DNA of 64,000 nt from Verrucomicrobiota bacterium (GCA_026397965.1 JAPLTU010000071.1:39304-103303); one strand, 5' to 3'; counted from the stretch's first letter, positions 37,164 to 47,092 are shown. Numbers and translations: made by a program. Notes: generated by a model not told the origin, from the letters alone.

Positions 37164-38399
37164 ATGCACGAACCTTCCGTCACACCTAACGCCTCCGAGC
37201 GTTTCCCCAACGGTCCTTTCGTCCGCTATATGTTCGGCGAAGGGATTTCGATGACCGGTACCTGGATGCAAGCCATGGCACAGGGCTGGGTGATGGCCAG
37301 CCTCACAGGCAGCAGTCTGGCTATCGCCGCAGTCAATTTTGCCGGCGGCCTGCCGATGTTAATCCTCTTCCGTATCGGGGGCATGTATGCCGATAAATAC
37401 GACAAGCGCTTCATCCTCCAAGCCTGCCAGCTCGCGCAGATTACCTTCGCTGTCGTGATGGGTACACTGATCGCGCAGCACCAGCTCCAGATGTGGCATG
37501 TGATTGTGTGCGCGACTCTGCTGGGCGTCTCCAGTTCTTTTGAGATGCCCGCCGCCGCCGCCATTGTCCCCGAACTCGTCGGCAAAGAACACGTCGCTCG
37601 CGCCATCGCCGTCGACCGCGCCGTCTTCCACGGCACCCGCCTCGTCGGACCGGCCATCGCCGGCTTCCTGGTCGGCTCACTCGGCGCCGAATGGGCCTTC
37701 TATATCAATGCGGTCTCTTTCCTCGCTCTCATGATCGCACTGGCGACTCTGCCTCCGCGCCCCAAAGGCACGCAGGAGCAGGAAGAGAAACGCCAAGGCG
37801 GCATGGGCGCGGGATTCCAGCATCTCCGGAACGACCCCACCAGTTTCGCCATGGTGACCCTACTGGCGACCAACACCCTCTTCGTCTTCCCGACGATGAT
37901 CATGCTGCTACCAATCTACGGCCAACACATCCTCAAGCTCGACCCCCAGCACATGGGACTGCTGATGTTCAGCTCCGGGATCGGTTCGGTGATTGGCTCG
38001 GTCGGGATCATGTTCCTTCCGCGCTCGGCGCGGCAGACGGTCATTGCGATGACGATGGTAATCATCTGCGGGGCACTCATCAGCCTAAGCAAAGCTGACG
38101 TCTTTCTCTGGGCGGCCTGTACACTCACCTGTCTGGCTTTCGGCGTCTCAACCCTGGTCGGGCTTGCTAATACCATCGTGCAGGAACGTTCGCCGGAAGA
38201 AATCCGCGGACGCGTCTCTGCCATCGCCGGACTGAGCTTCTTCGGCTTCCTACCCTTTGCGGGACTTATCATGGGCTGGTTTGCGGATCATTTCGGCGTT
38301 CGCCCGGTGCTCTTCAGTTCCGCCTGCGCCTACGCGGTCATCGGCTGCATCGTCATCGTATGGGGACGCCGCGGGATGAACCGGGAAGCGTCGACCTAA
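37164..38399 (+). CDS. MFS transporter
   Basis: 411 aa with ~12 TM segments and the loop 2-3 motif GGMYADKYDKR. Confidence 0.75.
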   Translation: MHEPSVTPNASERFPNGPFVRYMFGEGISMTGTWMQAMAQGWVMASLTGSSLAIAAVNFAGGLPMLILFRIGGMYADKYDKRFILQACQLAQITFAVVMGTLIAQHQLQMWHVIVCATLLGVSSSFEMPAAAAIVPELVGKEHVARAIAVDRAVFHGTRLVGPAIAGFLVGSLGAEWAFYINAVSFLALMIALATLPPRPKGTQEQEEKRQGGMGAGFQHLRNDPTSFAMVTLLATNTLFVFPTMIMLLPIYGQHILKLDPQHMGLLMFSSGIGSVIGSVGIMFLPRSARQTVIAMTMVIICGALISLSKADVFLWAACTLTCLAFGVSTLVGLANTIVQERSPEEIRGRVSAIAGLSFFGFLPFAGLIMGWFADHFGVRPVLFSSACAYAVIGCIVIVWGRRGMNREAST

Positions 38400-38487
38400 G
38401 CGAGGGCGCACAACCCTACGCAATACAACTAGGGCAGCACGCGGTGCTGCCCCTACCCTATTTCTCGCGAACCTGCTCGCCTAAAAG

Positions 38488-38562
38488 TGGTGCTCCCGTT
38501 GGGAGTCGAACCCAAATCGCCGGCTTCGGAGGCCAGCATTCTATCCATTGAAATACGAGAGC
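38488..38562 (-). tRNA. tRNA-Arg (anticodon CCG)
   Basis: Reverse complement GCTCTCG TA TTTCAATGGATAGAAT G CTGGC CTCCGAA GCCGG CGAT TTGGG TTCGACT CCCAA CGGGAGC A CCA. CCA is encoded. Confidence 0.8.
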
Positions 38563-38630
38563 GTGAAGCAGTTAAAATCCCGTGAATTGATATTTAGTCA
38601 ATCCTTCCCGAGTGGCGAAGCGGGCCGGCT

Positions 38631-39992
38631 TTATTTTTTCGTTAAAACCCGATCCGCGAAATTGAGGGTGTTTTGCCAGTCTTCGGCATTGATATCATGC
38701 TTACCCGGACGCACGTGGTAGCCGATGGTCTGCCCGATAGGTTGGCTAATCTTAGGATAATCCTTCGTCCCTAAGCCGGGCAGGCCCAAAACATGATAAA
38801 CGGGGTCGGCATGCACGGCTCCCAGAAACTCGCCAAGCGGATCGGCCCACAGGTCCTCGGCGGCACTCGCGACGTAAAGCGGACGCGGCGCCACGAGCGC
38901 CAACAGGTAATGCTGATCGAGCGGCATCTGCTCCTCTTTTTCCGAGTAGGTTTCGTAGCGCGCCGTGAACCAATACGGAAACCCTTTGCCTTTATAGTGC
39001 CCGGAGATGACGCCCACGGTCTCGCCGAAAATCCGCTTGCCGAGAGCGGCGCCACCGCAACCGGAATCATTGGATATAACCAAAGCGAATCGCGTATCCT
39101 GCGCGCCCGCCCAGAGCGAAGCTTTACCCAAACGCGAATGTCCAATGACGGCGACCCGCTTCGCATCGACCAAGGGATTTTTCTCCAACGCATCGAGCGT
39201 GCGCGAGAGGCCCCAGGCCCAAGCGCCGATGCAACCCCATTGACCATCGGCCCATTGCGTCTGCGTGCCTTGAGGCGAGAGCGCCGCCCGATACGATTCC
39301 TTCCAGCCTTCCGGATGGTCGGGTTCGAAGTCTCCGTCGTAGACCGTCGCCATGCCATAACCCCGGGCGATGATCATCTCCAGTTGCCAACGCGCCGCTT
39401 GGGCTCCGCGACTCGCCTCCGTGGCGCGATTGGCCTTATCGACCGTTGTCCATTGCTTGGAAACCCAAGTCGACGGCAAGAAAACCGCGGCATCCGCCAC
39501 CGTCGTGTGATTGCCCCCGAAGTTCAGCCCCAAGAACACCGGAGCCGGCCCCTTGATGCCGTTAGGCGTATAGAGAAGCAGATCAAAGGCCGGCCCCTTC
39601 TTACCGATAGGCCAGACTTTCCATTGCGACCGCGTGGCCTTTCCGCCCAAGGCCTGCTTATCTTCTTCGCGCACTTCAGTGACACTCTCGGCCTGCGCCG
39701 CTTGGGTGTCCGGCGTGCGACCGAAAATATTTTCTTCCACCAGCTTCATCACTTCCGGACGCCGCACGGTTTCCCATGTTTTCGCATCGGTGACTTTTCT
39801 GCCATCCGCACAGACGAGCGGATCGGGCAAAATATACGGCGGGACTTTCGCCTCCTCGAGGATCGTGGCCGGAATCGCGGCCAACATGAGCAGGGGTAAG
39901 AGCATGCCGCGACTATGCTTGATTTGGAGGCCCGTGGGAGCCAAATCACGCATTGTCGCGAGGGGGCACGGGTTTCGCTGGCACGGGGACAA
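38631..39992 (-). CDS. carbohydrate esterase family 15-like (glucuronoyl esterase)
   Basis: Nucleophile motif VIGHSRLGKASLWAGAQDTRFALVISNDSGCGG. A signal-like MLLPLLMLAAIPA suggests the true start may be an internal ATG (39953 or 39905). Confidence 0.65.
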   Translation of the reverse strand: MSPCQRNPCPLATMRDLAPTGLQIKHSRGMLLPLLMLAAIPATILEEAKVPPYILPDPLVCADGRKVTDAKTWETVRRPEVMKLVEENIFGRTPDTQAAQAESVTEVREEDKQALGGKATRSQWKVWPIGKKGPAFDLLLYTPNGIKGPAPVFLGLNFGGNHTTVADAAVFLPSTWVSKQWTTVDKANRATEASRGAQAARWQLEMIIARGYGMATVYDGDFEPDHPEGWKESYRAALSPQGTQTQWADGQWGCIGAWAWGLSRTLDALEKNPLVDAKRVAVIGHSRLGKASLWAGAQDTRFALVISNDSGCGGAALGKRIFGETVGVISGHYKGKGFPYWFTARYETYSEKEEQMPLDQHYLLALVAPRPLYVASAAEDLWADPLGEFLGAVHADPVYHVLGLPGLGTKDYPKISQPIGQTIGYHVRPGKHDINAEDWQNTLNFADRVLTKK

Positions 39993-39994
39993 GA

Positions 39995-40109
39995 GGTAGG
40001 GGCGGGACCGCGTAACGACATAGGGGTAATCGTTTCAGGTGGCGGGTGGCAGCCCCGGGTGACAGGTGGCGGGACAAATCAGCGGACGCGACGCCGTCGC
40101 GCCCCTACC
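39995..40109. repeat. REP doublet (REPIN/BIME-like), copy 3, left arm degenerate
   Basis: GGTAGGGGCGGGACCGCGTAACGAC ... CGGACGCGACGCCGTCGCGCCCCTACC. The spacer carries the GGTGGC-rich module 40031-40082. Confidence 0.7.
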
Positions 40110-40224
40110 TCGAGACAAAACTCAAAGGGAAACCGGAGACCGGACAGTTAGCTAGGGCACATGTCCTCAGCATCTTTTCCGGTTCCCGGTCTCCCTTTTC
40201 TTAGCCCCCGTGCCCACGTGTCAC

Positions 40225-40299
40225 CATGCCCACGTGCCCCCTCGCGGCTTCAGCCGCGCCCTGCTTCGCAGCAGTTCCCCATGCCCACGTGCCCCCTCG
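40225..40299. repeat. 20-bp direct repeat CATGCCCACGTGCCCCCTCG (x2) plus a third CACGTG unit just upstream
   Basis: Identical 20-mers at 40225-40244 and 40280-40299, with CGTGCCCACGTGTCACC at 40209. Related GTCACCTTGCCCAC(GTG) words occur at 137-156 and 6470-6490. Confidence 0.7.
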
Positions 40300-40315
40300 T
40301 TGGAAGTTTTGGCGT

Positions 40316-40810
40316 TTATCGTTCCCAAACTTCAAACGCATACCCCAACCCATCCTGCATCCCCTTCTTAGACGAAACGAGCTTGGTGAAATAACGCTGC
40401 CAATCGGCGGGGAAGAAACGGTCGCCTGCGAAATCGCGGTCGAGGCGCGTGATGAGCAAGCGTTCACAAAGTGGCAAGCCTTCGGCGTAGATGCGCTGGC
40501 CACCGGTGATCCACGTCGGCCCCTTCCACTGGTCCATACGCTCGGCGATGATGATGGCCTCCGCCAAGGAGGTCGCCTGCTCGGCCCCTGGAAAGGACTT
40601 GGTCGCATCGCGCGAAACCACCACGGTCCCTCGTCCCGGCAAAGCCTTCCCTAATTCGGCATAACAAGCGGGACCCTCGATCATGACCCCATCTTGGGTC
40701 TGCGACATAAACCAAGCCAAGTCCTCTGGGATATGCCAAGGCAGACGGCCTTCGACGCCAATCACCCCGTTTTGGGCGACGGCAACGATGCACTGGACGG
40801 GCTTAGCCAC
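40316..40810 (-). CDS. folA: dihydrofolate reductase
   Basis: IVAVAQNGVIGVEGRLPWHIPEDLAWF, with GGQRIY near the C-terminus. Length 164 aa. Confidence 0.9.
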   Translation of the reverse strand: MAKPVQCIVAVAQNGVIGVEGRLPWHIPEDLAWFMSQTQDGVMIEGPACYAELGKALPGRGTVVVSRDATKSFPGAEQATSLAEAIIIAERMDQWKGPTWITGGQRIYAEGLPLCERLLITRLDRDFAGDRFFPADWQRYFTKLVSSKKGMQDGLGYAFEVWER

Positions 40811-40905
40811 GGCAAAAGGGATAAAAGGAAGCCTCCCAAGCGCAAGCGCAAGGGCACCCCCTCCGACTGATTGACAGCCGCCAAAGGGCTTGGCAAGTTG
40901 GCGGG

Positions 40906-42507
40906 ATGATTACTTGGCTGCAGAACGCCACCGGCAAACACCATCGTCTGATCTTCGGCTTCTTGCTGGTGATCATCGTGGTCTCCTTCGTCTTTTACGG
41001 TTTTGCCGGTCGCGGCGCCCTCAAAGGCTCGGGGTCCTACATGTACCTGGGCGTCGACCTTAACGACCCCGCCATCCGCCTCCGCCATCGCGATGCCCAG
41101 TTCTTCGCGAACATGACCGGCCAACGCATGGACAATGTCAGCCTCCAACAGCGCGTCGCCGAACTCAGTCTGGCTAATTCCCTGAATATTCCCGAACCCT
41201 CCGAAGCCGAAATCCGCAAAATTGCCAAGGACGCTACGATGCCTCCGGACGGTAAAGCCGAAGGTGATACGCTCGGTAAATTCATCGACTTCGCCTCCAA
41301 GCAGTTAAACGCCTCGGATCTGGAAACCCGCGCCCGCTTCGAGTCCTTCATCAAGGACACTTGGCGCATCAACAAGGCGATGACGATTCTCTCCGGTGGC
41401 GGTCACGCCACGGCAGCCCAAGTCAAACGCATCCTGGATCGCGAACGCGCCAAATGGACGGTAGACGCCGCCACGCTCCCAGCGGCTAATTTCAAGGCCA
41501 CCATCGCGGACGATGAAGCCAAGGCCAAAACCTCTTTTGAAGCCAATAAAGAAACCTACCGCTTGCCCGCCAAAGTCGAAGTCAGTGCCGTGACCATCAC
41601 GGACGTCGCGGCTGACACGTCCCCGATTTCGGACGATGACGTCGTCACTTTCGGCTATAATGTCGCCGAGAAATTTAAATTCGAAACTGGTAAGGTGAAG
41701 GAACAAGCCTTGGCTCGCCGAGGTGAGATTGAGAAATTAATCCGAGCCGAACGCGCCGTCACCAACCTCGCCGGCTTGATCTCCGACGAGCTCTCCGAGA
41801 AATTCGCCGTAGATGCGATTAAGGCCGATAATCAAGGGTTTGCTGCTTGGCTCAAGGCCAAGAAGGCGACCCTCACCGCTCTCCCAGCTTACGATGCTGG
41901 CAGCCCTCCGGTGAACGATAAAGTGCCCGCCGAAGCTTTGCGAGCCGGCGGCGATCTCACCGAAAAAGAATGGCGCACCGATGTCTACCGCACCGAACAA
42001 GGCGCCGTCTTCGTTCTACTCAACAAGCGCGCCGAATCACGCTTGCCCGAATTTGCCGAAGTCAAGGCTCTCGCCTTGAGCAACTGGAAAGCCACGGAAC
42101 GTTCTCGCCTGCTGACCGAAGAAGTTGGCCGCCTCAACAAAGCCCTGCTCGCCGACCAAGCCGCTGGCAAAAGCTTCACGGAGAGCGCCAAGGCCCTCGG
42201 GCTGACCGTTTCCTCGCCCGCCGCCTTCACCGCTTTCACCGTTCCTGAAAACCTCACGGGCGTGACCGAGAACACCGGCCAACTCATCGAAGTCGCCGGT
42301 GTCGGAAAAATCACCGCACCCATCCGGACACGCAACGGCGATTATGTCTTCCTGCGCCCCGCTAAATCCGAAGTCCCTAAAGATGACTCCACGGCCGAAG
42401 AAACTAAACTGTTCGTCCAACGTATTTCCGGACGTAACGCCTATTTCACTTCGATGGGGCTCATCCAAGATCTGACCGCCCCGCCGGAACCTGAAGCCGC
42501 CAAATAA
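40906..42507 (+). CDS. PpiD/SurA-N-like periplasmic chaperone (no clear rotamase motif seen)
   Basis: N-terminal anchor HHRLIFGFLLVIIVVSFVFYG, followed by a long helical periplasmic region. Confidence 0.55.
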   Translation: MITWLQNATGKHHRLIFGFLLVIIVVSFVFYGFAGRGALKGSGSYMYLGVDLNDPAIRLRHRDAQFFANMTGQRMDNVSLQQRVAELSLANSLNIPEPSEAEIRKIAKDATMPPDGKAEGDTLGKFIDFASKQLNASDLETRARFESFIKDTWRINKAMTILSGGGHATAAQVKRILDRERAKWTVDAATLPAANFKATIADDEAKAKTSFEANKETYRLPAKVEVSAVTITDVAADTSPISDDDVVTFGYNVAEKFKFETGKVKEQALARRGEIEKLIRAERAVTNLAGLISDELSEKFAVDAIKADNQGFAAWLKAKKATLTALPAYDAGSPPVNDKVPAEALRAGGDLTEKEWRTDVYRTEQGAVFVLLNKRAESRLPEFAEVKALALSNWKATERSRLLTEEVGRLNKALLADQAAGKSFTESAKALGLTVSSPAAFTAFTVPENLTGVTENTGQLIEVAGVGKITAPIRTRNGDYVFLRPAKSEVPKDDSTAEETKLFVQRISGRNAYFTSMGLIQDLTAPPEPEAAK

Positions 42508-42526
42508 ATCCAGGCCGGACGTTCTG

Positions 42527-42552
42527 AAAAGGCGGCACCAGCCGCCTTTTTT
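42527..42552 (+). terminator. intrinsic terminator
   Basis: AAAAGGCGGC-ACCA-GCCGCC followed by TTTTTT, 20 nt after the stop at 42507. Confidence 0.8.
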
Positions 42553-42738
42553 ATTCTTATGAATAATCGGCCTTCGCCCGAACCTGGGGGGCAAGGATGC
42601 TTCTCCAGAAAACCGCGGGTCCGCCGAGCTTTCAGGCCCCGCGGACCCTCCCAGCTCTTTTCCGCTTCCCCTCGCCCCTTCCCTGCCTCCAAATGGCCTG
42701 ACGGAGGCTGATTCCAGCCCACCCCCTTCTTCTCCCGC

Positions 42739-44103
42739 ATGTCCCAAGTCCGCGTCCGCTTCGCTCCCAGCCCCACCGGCTTCTTCCATATCGGAAGCGC
42801 CCGAACCGCCTTGTTCAATTGGCTCTACGCCCGCCATACGGGCGGCAAATTCATCCTGCGCATCGAGGATACCGACAAAGAACGTAACTCGGAAGCGTTC
42901 CTGAAGATCATCCTGGATTCGATGCATTGGCTGGGGATGGATTGGGACGAAGGTCCCGAAATCGGCGGCGATTTTGGTCCTTACTTCCAATCTCAACGCA
43001 CCGAACTTTATCGCGCCAAGCTCAAGGAGTTAGCCGACAAAGGCCGGGCTTACGAAAAAGACGGTGCTTGGTGGCTCCGCCTCGAAGGCGCCCGTTCCAC
43101 CGTCTTCGATGACCACCTTAAAAAGGAAATCGAGAAAGTAGAGGCCGCACCGATGGTGCTCGAAGACCTCGTCCGCGGCCGCGTCGAACGCGCCGAAGAT
43201 CGCGACTTCGTCCTCTTCCGTTCCAACGGCGAACCGGTCTTCCACTTCGTCAACGTCGTCGATGATATCGAGATGAAGATTACCCACGTGATCCGCGGCG
43301 AGGATCACCTCTCCAATACGTCGAAGCACCTCGAGATCTTCAAAGCCTTCGGCGTGACTCCGCCCCTCTACGCCCACATTCCGCTGATCCTCAAGACCGA
43401 CGGCCCGGGCAAGATGTCCAAGCGCGATCGCGGCGCCCTCATCGAGGAATATCAGCAACGCCGCTACCTACCGGCCGCAGTTCGGAATTACCTTTGTCTA
43501 TTGGGCTGGACGCCCGCCGACGGCAAAGAAGTCATGCCCATCGAAGAGATCGTCCGGCAGTTTGAAATCTCGGCCGTCCACCAATCGAATGCCCGCTTCG
43601 ACGAACGCAAGATGTCGCACGTCAACGCCCAGACCTTGCGCCTGTTGCCGCCCGCAGAGTTCGCCGCCGTCGCCCGACCCATCTTGACCGAGACCGGTGT
43701 CGTCCATGCCGATATTTCGGACGCGCGCCTGACCGAGGTCTTGGGCATCGTGCAGGAGAAAGTGGTCTCCGTGGAACACCTGCCGGAGTTCCTCGCCTTC
43801 TTCTTCACGGATAAGTTTAATCAGGACGAAAACGCCTTGGCGAATCTTTCCAAAAAAGGCGGCGATCCGGTGGCCCGCGTCCGCGAATTGTTGCCGACGC
43901 TCACCGCCGCCGCCTGGGAGGAAACCGCCTTGGAGGCCGCTTTCACCGCCGTCGGTGTCACGCACGGCCGCAAGCCTACCGACTACTTCGCCCCCATCCG
44001 CTATGCGATTTCGGGTCAAGGCGGCGGCGCGCACCTCCTCGGCGTCCTGCGCGTCCTCGGCCGCGACACCACCCTCGCCCGCCTCCAAGCCTTCGCCGCC
44101 TAA
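42739..44103 (+). CDS. gltX: glutamate--tRNA ligase
   Basis: RFAPSPTGFFHIGSARTA (HIGH) and KMSKRD (KMSKS). Confidence 0.93.
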   Translation: MSQVRVRFAPSPTGFFHIGSARTALFNWLYARHTGGKFILRIEDTDKERNSEAFLKIILDSMHWLGMDWDEGPEIGGDFGPYFQSQRTELYRAKLKELADKGRAYEKDGAWWLRLEGARSTVFDDHLKKEIEKVEAAPMVLEDLVRGRVERAEDRDFVLFRSNGEPVFHFVNVVDDIEMKITHVIRGEDHLSNTSKHLEIFKAFGVTPPLYAHIPLILKTDGPGKMSKRDRGALIEEYQQRRYLPAAVRNYLCLLGWTPADGKEVMPIEEIVRQFEISAVHQSNARFDERKMSHVNAQTLRLLPPAEFAAVARPILTETGVVHADISDARLTEVLGIVQEKVVSVEHLPEFLAFFFTDKFNQDENALANLSKKGGDPVARVRELLPTLTAAAWEETALEAAFTAVGVTHGRKPTDYFAPIRYAISGQGGGAHLLGVLRVLGRDTTLARLQAFAA

Positions 44104-44145
44104 TCCCATCTTGGCACTTTTGTACCTTCCCTACGATTCTCGCCC

Positions 44146-45837
44146 ATGTCCTCCGACACCCCTCTTTCGGCGCCCACTCCGCGTCACTTCATCCAGCAGA
44201 TCGTGGATGCCGACCTCGCGGCGGGGAAGCATGCCGTCGTCGCGACCCGTTTCCCGCCCGAGCCCAACGGCTACCTGCACGTCGGCCACGCCAAATCAAT
44301 CTGCCTCAATTTCGGTTTAGCCCTTGAATTCAAAGGGCGTTGTCACCTCCGGATGGATGACACCAACCCGACCAAAGAAGACATCGAGTATGTCGATTCG
44401 ATCAAGGAAGATGTCCGCTGGCTGGGCTTCGACTGGCACGAACACTATTACCAGGCCTCCGATTATTTCGACCGCATGCACGCCGATGCAATCAAGCTGA
44501 TCAAATTGGGCAAGGCTTTCGTCTGCCACCTCACGCTGGAACAAATGAACGCCTACCGCGGCGACCACAAGACGCCCGGAAAAAATAGCCCAACGCGCGA
44601 TGCTTCCATCGAAGAAAACCTCGCGCTCTTTGAAAAGATGACCCGCGGCGAGATCGACGAAGGCAAGGCGGTACTGCGGGCCAAGATCGACATGGCCTCG
44701 CCTAATTTCCACCTGCGCGACCCGATCATCTATCGCATCCGCAAGACTTCGCACCACAACACCGGCGACAAATGGTGCGTCTATCCGATGTACGATTATG
44801 CCCACCCGCTCGAAGACGCCTACGAAGGCATCACGCATTCCATCTGCACGTTGGAATTCGAAGTGCATCGCCCCTTCTACGATTGGCTCCTCCGCACGCT
44901 CGACACCCCCGCCAAACCGCAACAGATCGAATTCGCCCGCCTCAACCTGACCTACACCGTCATGTCCAAGCGCCGCCTGCTCGAGCTCGTTCAGGAAAAG
45001 CGCGTCACCAGCTGGGACGATCCGCGGATGCCCACGATTTCCGGCATGCGCCGCCGGGGTTACACACCGGCCGCCATCCGCAAGTTCTGCGAAACCATTG
45101 GCGTCACCAAGCATAACTCGCTCACCGATGTGGCCCTGCTCGAACACGCCATCCGCGAAGACCTTAACAAGACTTCGCCCCGTTTCATGGCCGTACTCGA
45201 TCCCGTCCGGCTCGTCATCGAAAATTACCCGTCCGACCAAGTCGAACACTTGGAAGCCCAGAACAATCCCGAAGACCCAGCGGCGGGCTCACGCCAAGTC
45301 CCCTTCTCCAAGACGTTGCTCATCGAGCGCGCCGACTTCATGGAGATTCCGGAAAAGAAATATTTCCGCCTCACGCCCGGCCAAGAGGTCCGGCTCCGCT
45401 GGGGTTACTTCGTGACCTGCACCGGTTGCAAAAAAGACGCCGCTGGCAACATCACCGAAGTCACCTGCACCTACGATCCGGCGACCCGTGGCGGAGACTC
45501 GGCGGATGGCCGTAAAGTCAAAGGTACAATTCACTGGGTCTCCGAAGCGCACGCGGGCGATGTAGAGGTACGGCTCTACGACCGCCTCTTCTCCCACGAG
45601 AATCTGAACGACCTGCCGGATGACGCTGATTGGCGAAATTTCTTAAATCCGACCTCCCTCAAAGTCATCCGCGGCTTCGTCGAACCCGAACTCCTTAAAC
45701 TTAACCCATCGACCCGGGTCCAGTTCGAGCGCACCGGCTACTTCTGCGTCGACGCCAAGGACTCGCAAGCGGGCAAGCCAGTCTTCAATCGCACCGTCGG
45801 CCTAAGAGACTCCTGGGCCAAGCAGATCACGAAGTGA
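44146..45837 (+). CDS. glnS: glutamine--tRNA ligase
   Basis: [17 protein letters not shown] (HIGH), VMSKRRL (KMSKS-like), and the GlnRS C-terminal beta-barrel region. Length 563 aa. Confidence 0.93.
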   Translation: MSSDTPLSAPTPRHFIQQIVDADLAAGKHAVVATRFPPEPNGYLHVGHAKSICLNFGLALEFKGRCHLRMDDTNPTKEDIEYVDSIKEDVRWLGFDWHEHYYQASDYFDRMHADAIKLIKLGKAFVCHLTLEQMNAYRGDHKTPGKNSPTRDASIEENLALFEKMTRGEIDEGKAVLRAKIDMASPNFHLRDPIIYRIRKTSHHNTGDKWCVYPMYDYAHPLEDAYEGITHSICTLEFEVHRPFYDWLLRTLDTPAKPQQIEFARLNLTYTVMSKRRLLELVQEKRVTSWDDPRMPTISGMRRRGYTPAAIRKFCETIGVTKHNSLTDVALLEHAIREDLNKTSPRFMAVLDPVRLVIENYPSDQVEHLEAQNNPEDPAAGSRQVPFSKTLLIERADFMEIPEKKYFRLTPGQEVRLRWGYFVTCTGCKKDAAGNITEVTCTYDPATRGGDSADGRKVKGTIHWVSEAHAGDVEVRLYDRLFSHENLNDLPDDADWRNFLNPTSLKVIRGFVEPELLKLNPSTRVQFERTGYFCVDAKDSQAGKPVFNRTVGLRDSWAKQITK

Positions 45838-46185
45838 GGTAGGGGCGCGACTGCGTCGCGTCCGTTCGCCACGCAGCGTGTCTCGCGGTAGGGCGGGCTC
45901 TCCGAGCCCGCCGCTGTACCGAGACACGGACGGCTCGGAGAGCCGTCCCTACCGTCCCCCATCCGGCCAACTGGCCCTCTGGTCAACCGTTCGGCCTTCG
46001 GCAGCTGGCTCCGGGTTCCCGCTTTAGACCAAAGACAGTCAGCCCTACCCCAACCCCTGTCCCTACCCCTGAATTCACCTTTGCACTTTTGCACAGGAGC
46101 TGCTCCGATTTGCACCTTTGCTCTGTCTCATTGGGTCAGTCCCATGTCCGTCCGCCCACGGACGCGACGCAGTCGCGCCCCTACC
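45838..46185. repeat. 348-bp composite element bounded by inverted REP arms, with nested repeats
   Basis: The left arm GGTAGGGGCGCGACTGCGTCGCGTCCGT starts at the nucleotide after the glnS TGA. The right arm is ...ACGGACGCGACGCAGTCGCGCCCCTACC. Inside are a second doublet (45887-45953, GGTAGGGCGGGCTCTCCGAGCCCGCC...GGACGGCTCGGAGAGCCGTCCCTACC) and TTTGCAC repeat A1. Confidence 0.75.
46077..46133. repeat. TTTGCAC-rich direct repeat A1
   Basis: ACCTTTGCACTTTTGCACAGGAGCTGCTCCGATTTGCACCTTTGCTCTGTCTCATTG. A near-identical copy (3-nt indel) lies at 46987-47045. Confidence 0.85.
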
Positions 46186-46339
46186 CATTCCAAGGCAACC
46201 TGCATCCCTGGCCAACTGGCCCTCTGGATCAACCGATCAACGACTCCTACCCCCACCCCTACCTCTGCCCCTATCCCTACCTTAAACACCCTTGACCCAC
46301 CCCTCTCCCTTCCTTTGATGCACCTTCTAACTGAGCAAA

Positions 46340-46427
<88 letters not shown>

Positions 46428-46585
46428 GTTAGATTCGAGCAAGCAGATTCACCTTAGCCGTTGAGTCTATTAGTCCCGTATCAGTCGGCCGGGAGGGATG
46501 AGGACCCGAAGGGGTTCGGTGAAGGCCGCAGGCCGAACAGGCAATCCGTTAGGATTGGGGCGAAGCCCCGTAGCGAAGCGGAGCC

Positions 46586-46617
46586 AATCCCTCCCTCTCC
46601 GCCAGTTAGATTCGAGC
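46586..46617. repeat. 32-bp perfect duplicate of the tRNA-Ser 3' end plus flank (att-like)
   Basis: AATCCCTCCCTCTCCGCCAGTTAGATTCGAGC is identical to 46409-46440 (the last 19 nt of the tRNA plus 13 nt downstream). Confidence 0.85.
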
Positions 46618-46818
46618 TAAAAAAACTTACCTCAACCGGCCATCTAGGTAGGGACAGCACCACGTGCTGTCCTAGAATCCATTTTCAGGTCACGGGTCTC
46701 GGCTATCGGGAACCAGGTTCGGGTGTTCGGGTTCAGGTGCAAGTACGGGTTAGCACACAACCGCCCCAGCCATACAACCGGTTTCCGGTTTCCTTTTGAG
46801 TTTAGTACTTTGTCTTGA

Positions 46819-46929
46819 GGTAGGGGCGCGACTGCGTCGCGTCCGTCGACCGATGCCAGAGAGCCTTGTAGAGCAAGTCTGACTTCGCCGCACCAAGGCG
46901 AACGGACGCCACGCAGTGGCGCCCCTACC
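46819..46929. repeat. REP doublet (REPIN/BIME-like), copy 4
   Basis: GGTAGGGGCGCGACTGCGTCGCGTCCGT ... ACGGACGCCACGCAGTGGCGCCCCTACC. Confidence 0.85.
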
Positions 46930-46986
46930 TATCTGATCCTGCCACCCGCCACCCGGGGCCGCCACCTGCCACCTGAAACGATTCCG

Positions 46987-47045
46987 ACCTTTGCACTTTT
47001 GCACAGGAGCTCCGCTCCGATTTGCACCTTTGCACTGTCTCATTG
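46987..47045. repeat. TTTGCAC-rich direct repeat A2
   Basis: ACCTTTGCACTTTTGCACAGGAGCTCCGCTCCGATTTGCACCTTTGCACTGTCTCATTG. Confidence 0.85.
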
Positions 47046-47061
47046 CCTTGATGTCGGGACA

Positions 47062-47092
47062 TAAAAAAGGCCGCCCTTGCGGACGGCCTTTG
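47062..47092 (-). terminator. intrinsic terminator of the giant autotransporter gene
   Basis: The minus strand reads AGGCCGTCCGCAAGGGCGGCCTTTTTTAT about 20 nt after the stop at 47111. Confidence 0.8.

Noticed and set aside
38793-39899. 368-aa plus-strand ORF
   Set aside because: It is antisense to the CE15-like esterase, which carries the GHSRLGK nucleophile motif. The antisense frame has no recognisable features.
42037-42996. 319-aa minus-strand ORF spanning the ppiD-like 3' end, a terminator and the gltX 5' end
   Set aside because: It crosses an intrinsic terminator and two well-supported genes. It is Gly/Arg/Glu-rich, so it is a shadow ORF.
46077-46133. Sigma-54 promoter reading of TTGCAC-N-TTTGCAC
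   Set aside because: The obligatory GG of the -24 element (TGGCAC) is TT here, and the spacing to the second TGCA is too short.
46441-46585. Second tRNA or tmRNA fragment between the two copies of the tRNA-Ser 3' end
   Set aside because: There is no 5' acceptor strand complementary to CCTCTCC. The T-arm 5' half is absent (GGAGCCAATCCCTC cannot pair), and no cloverleaf can be drawn.
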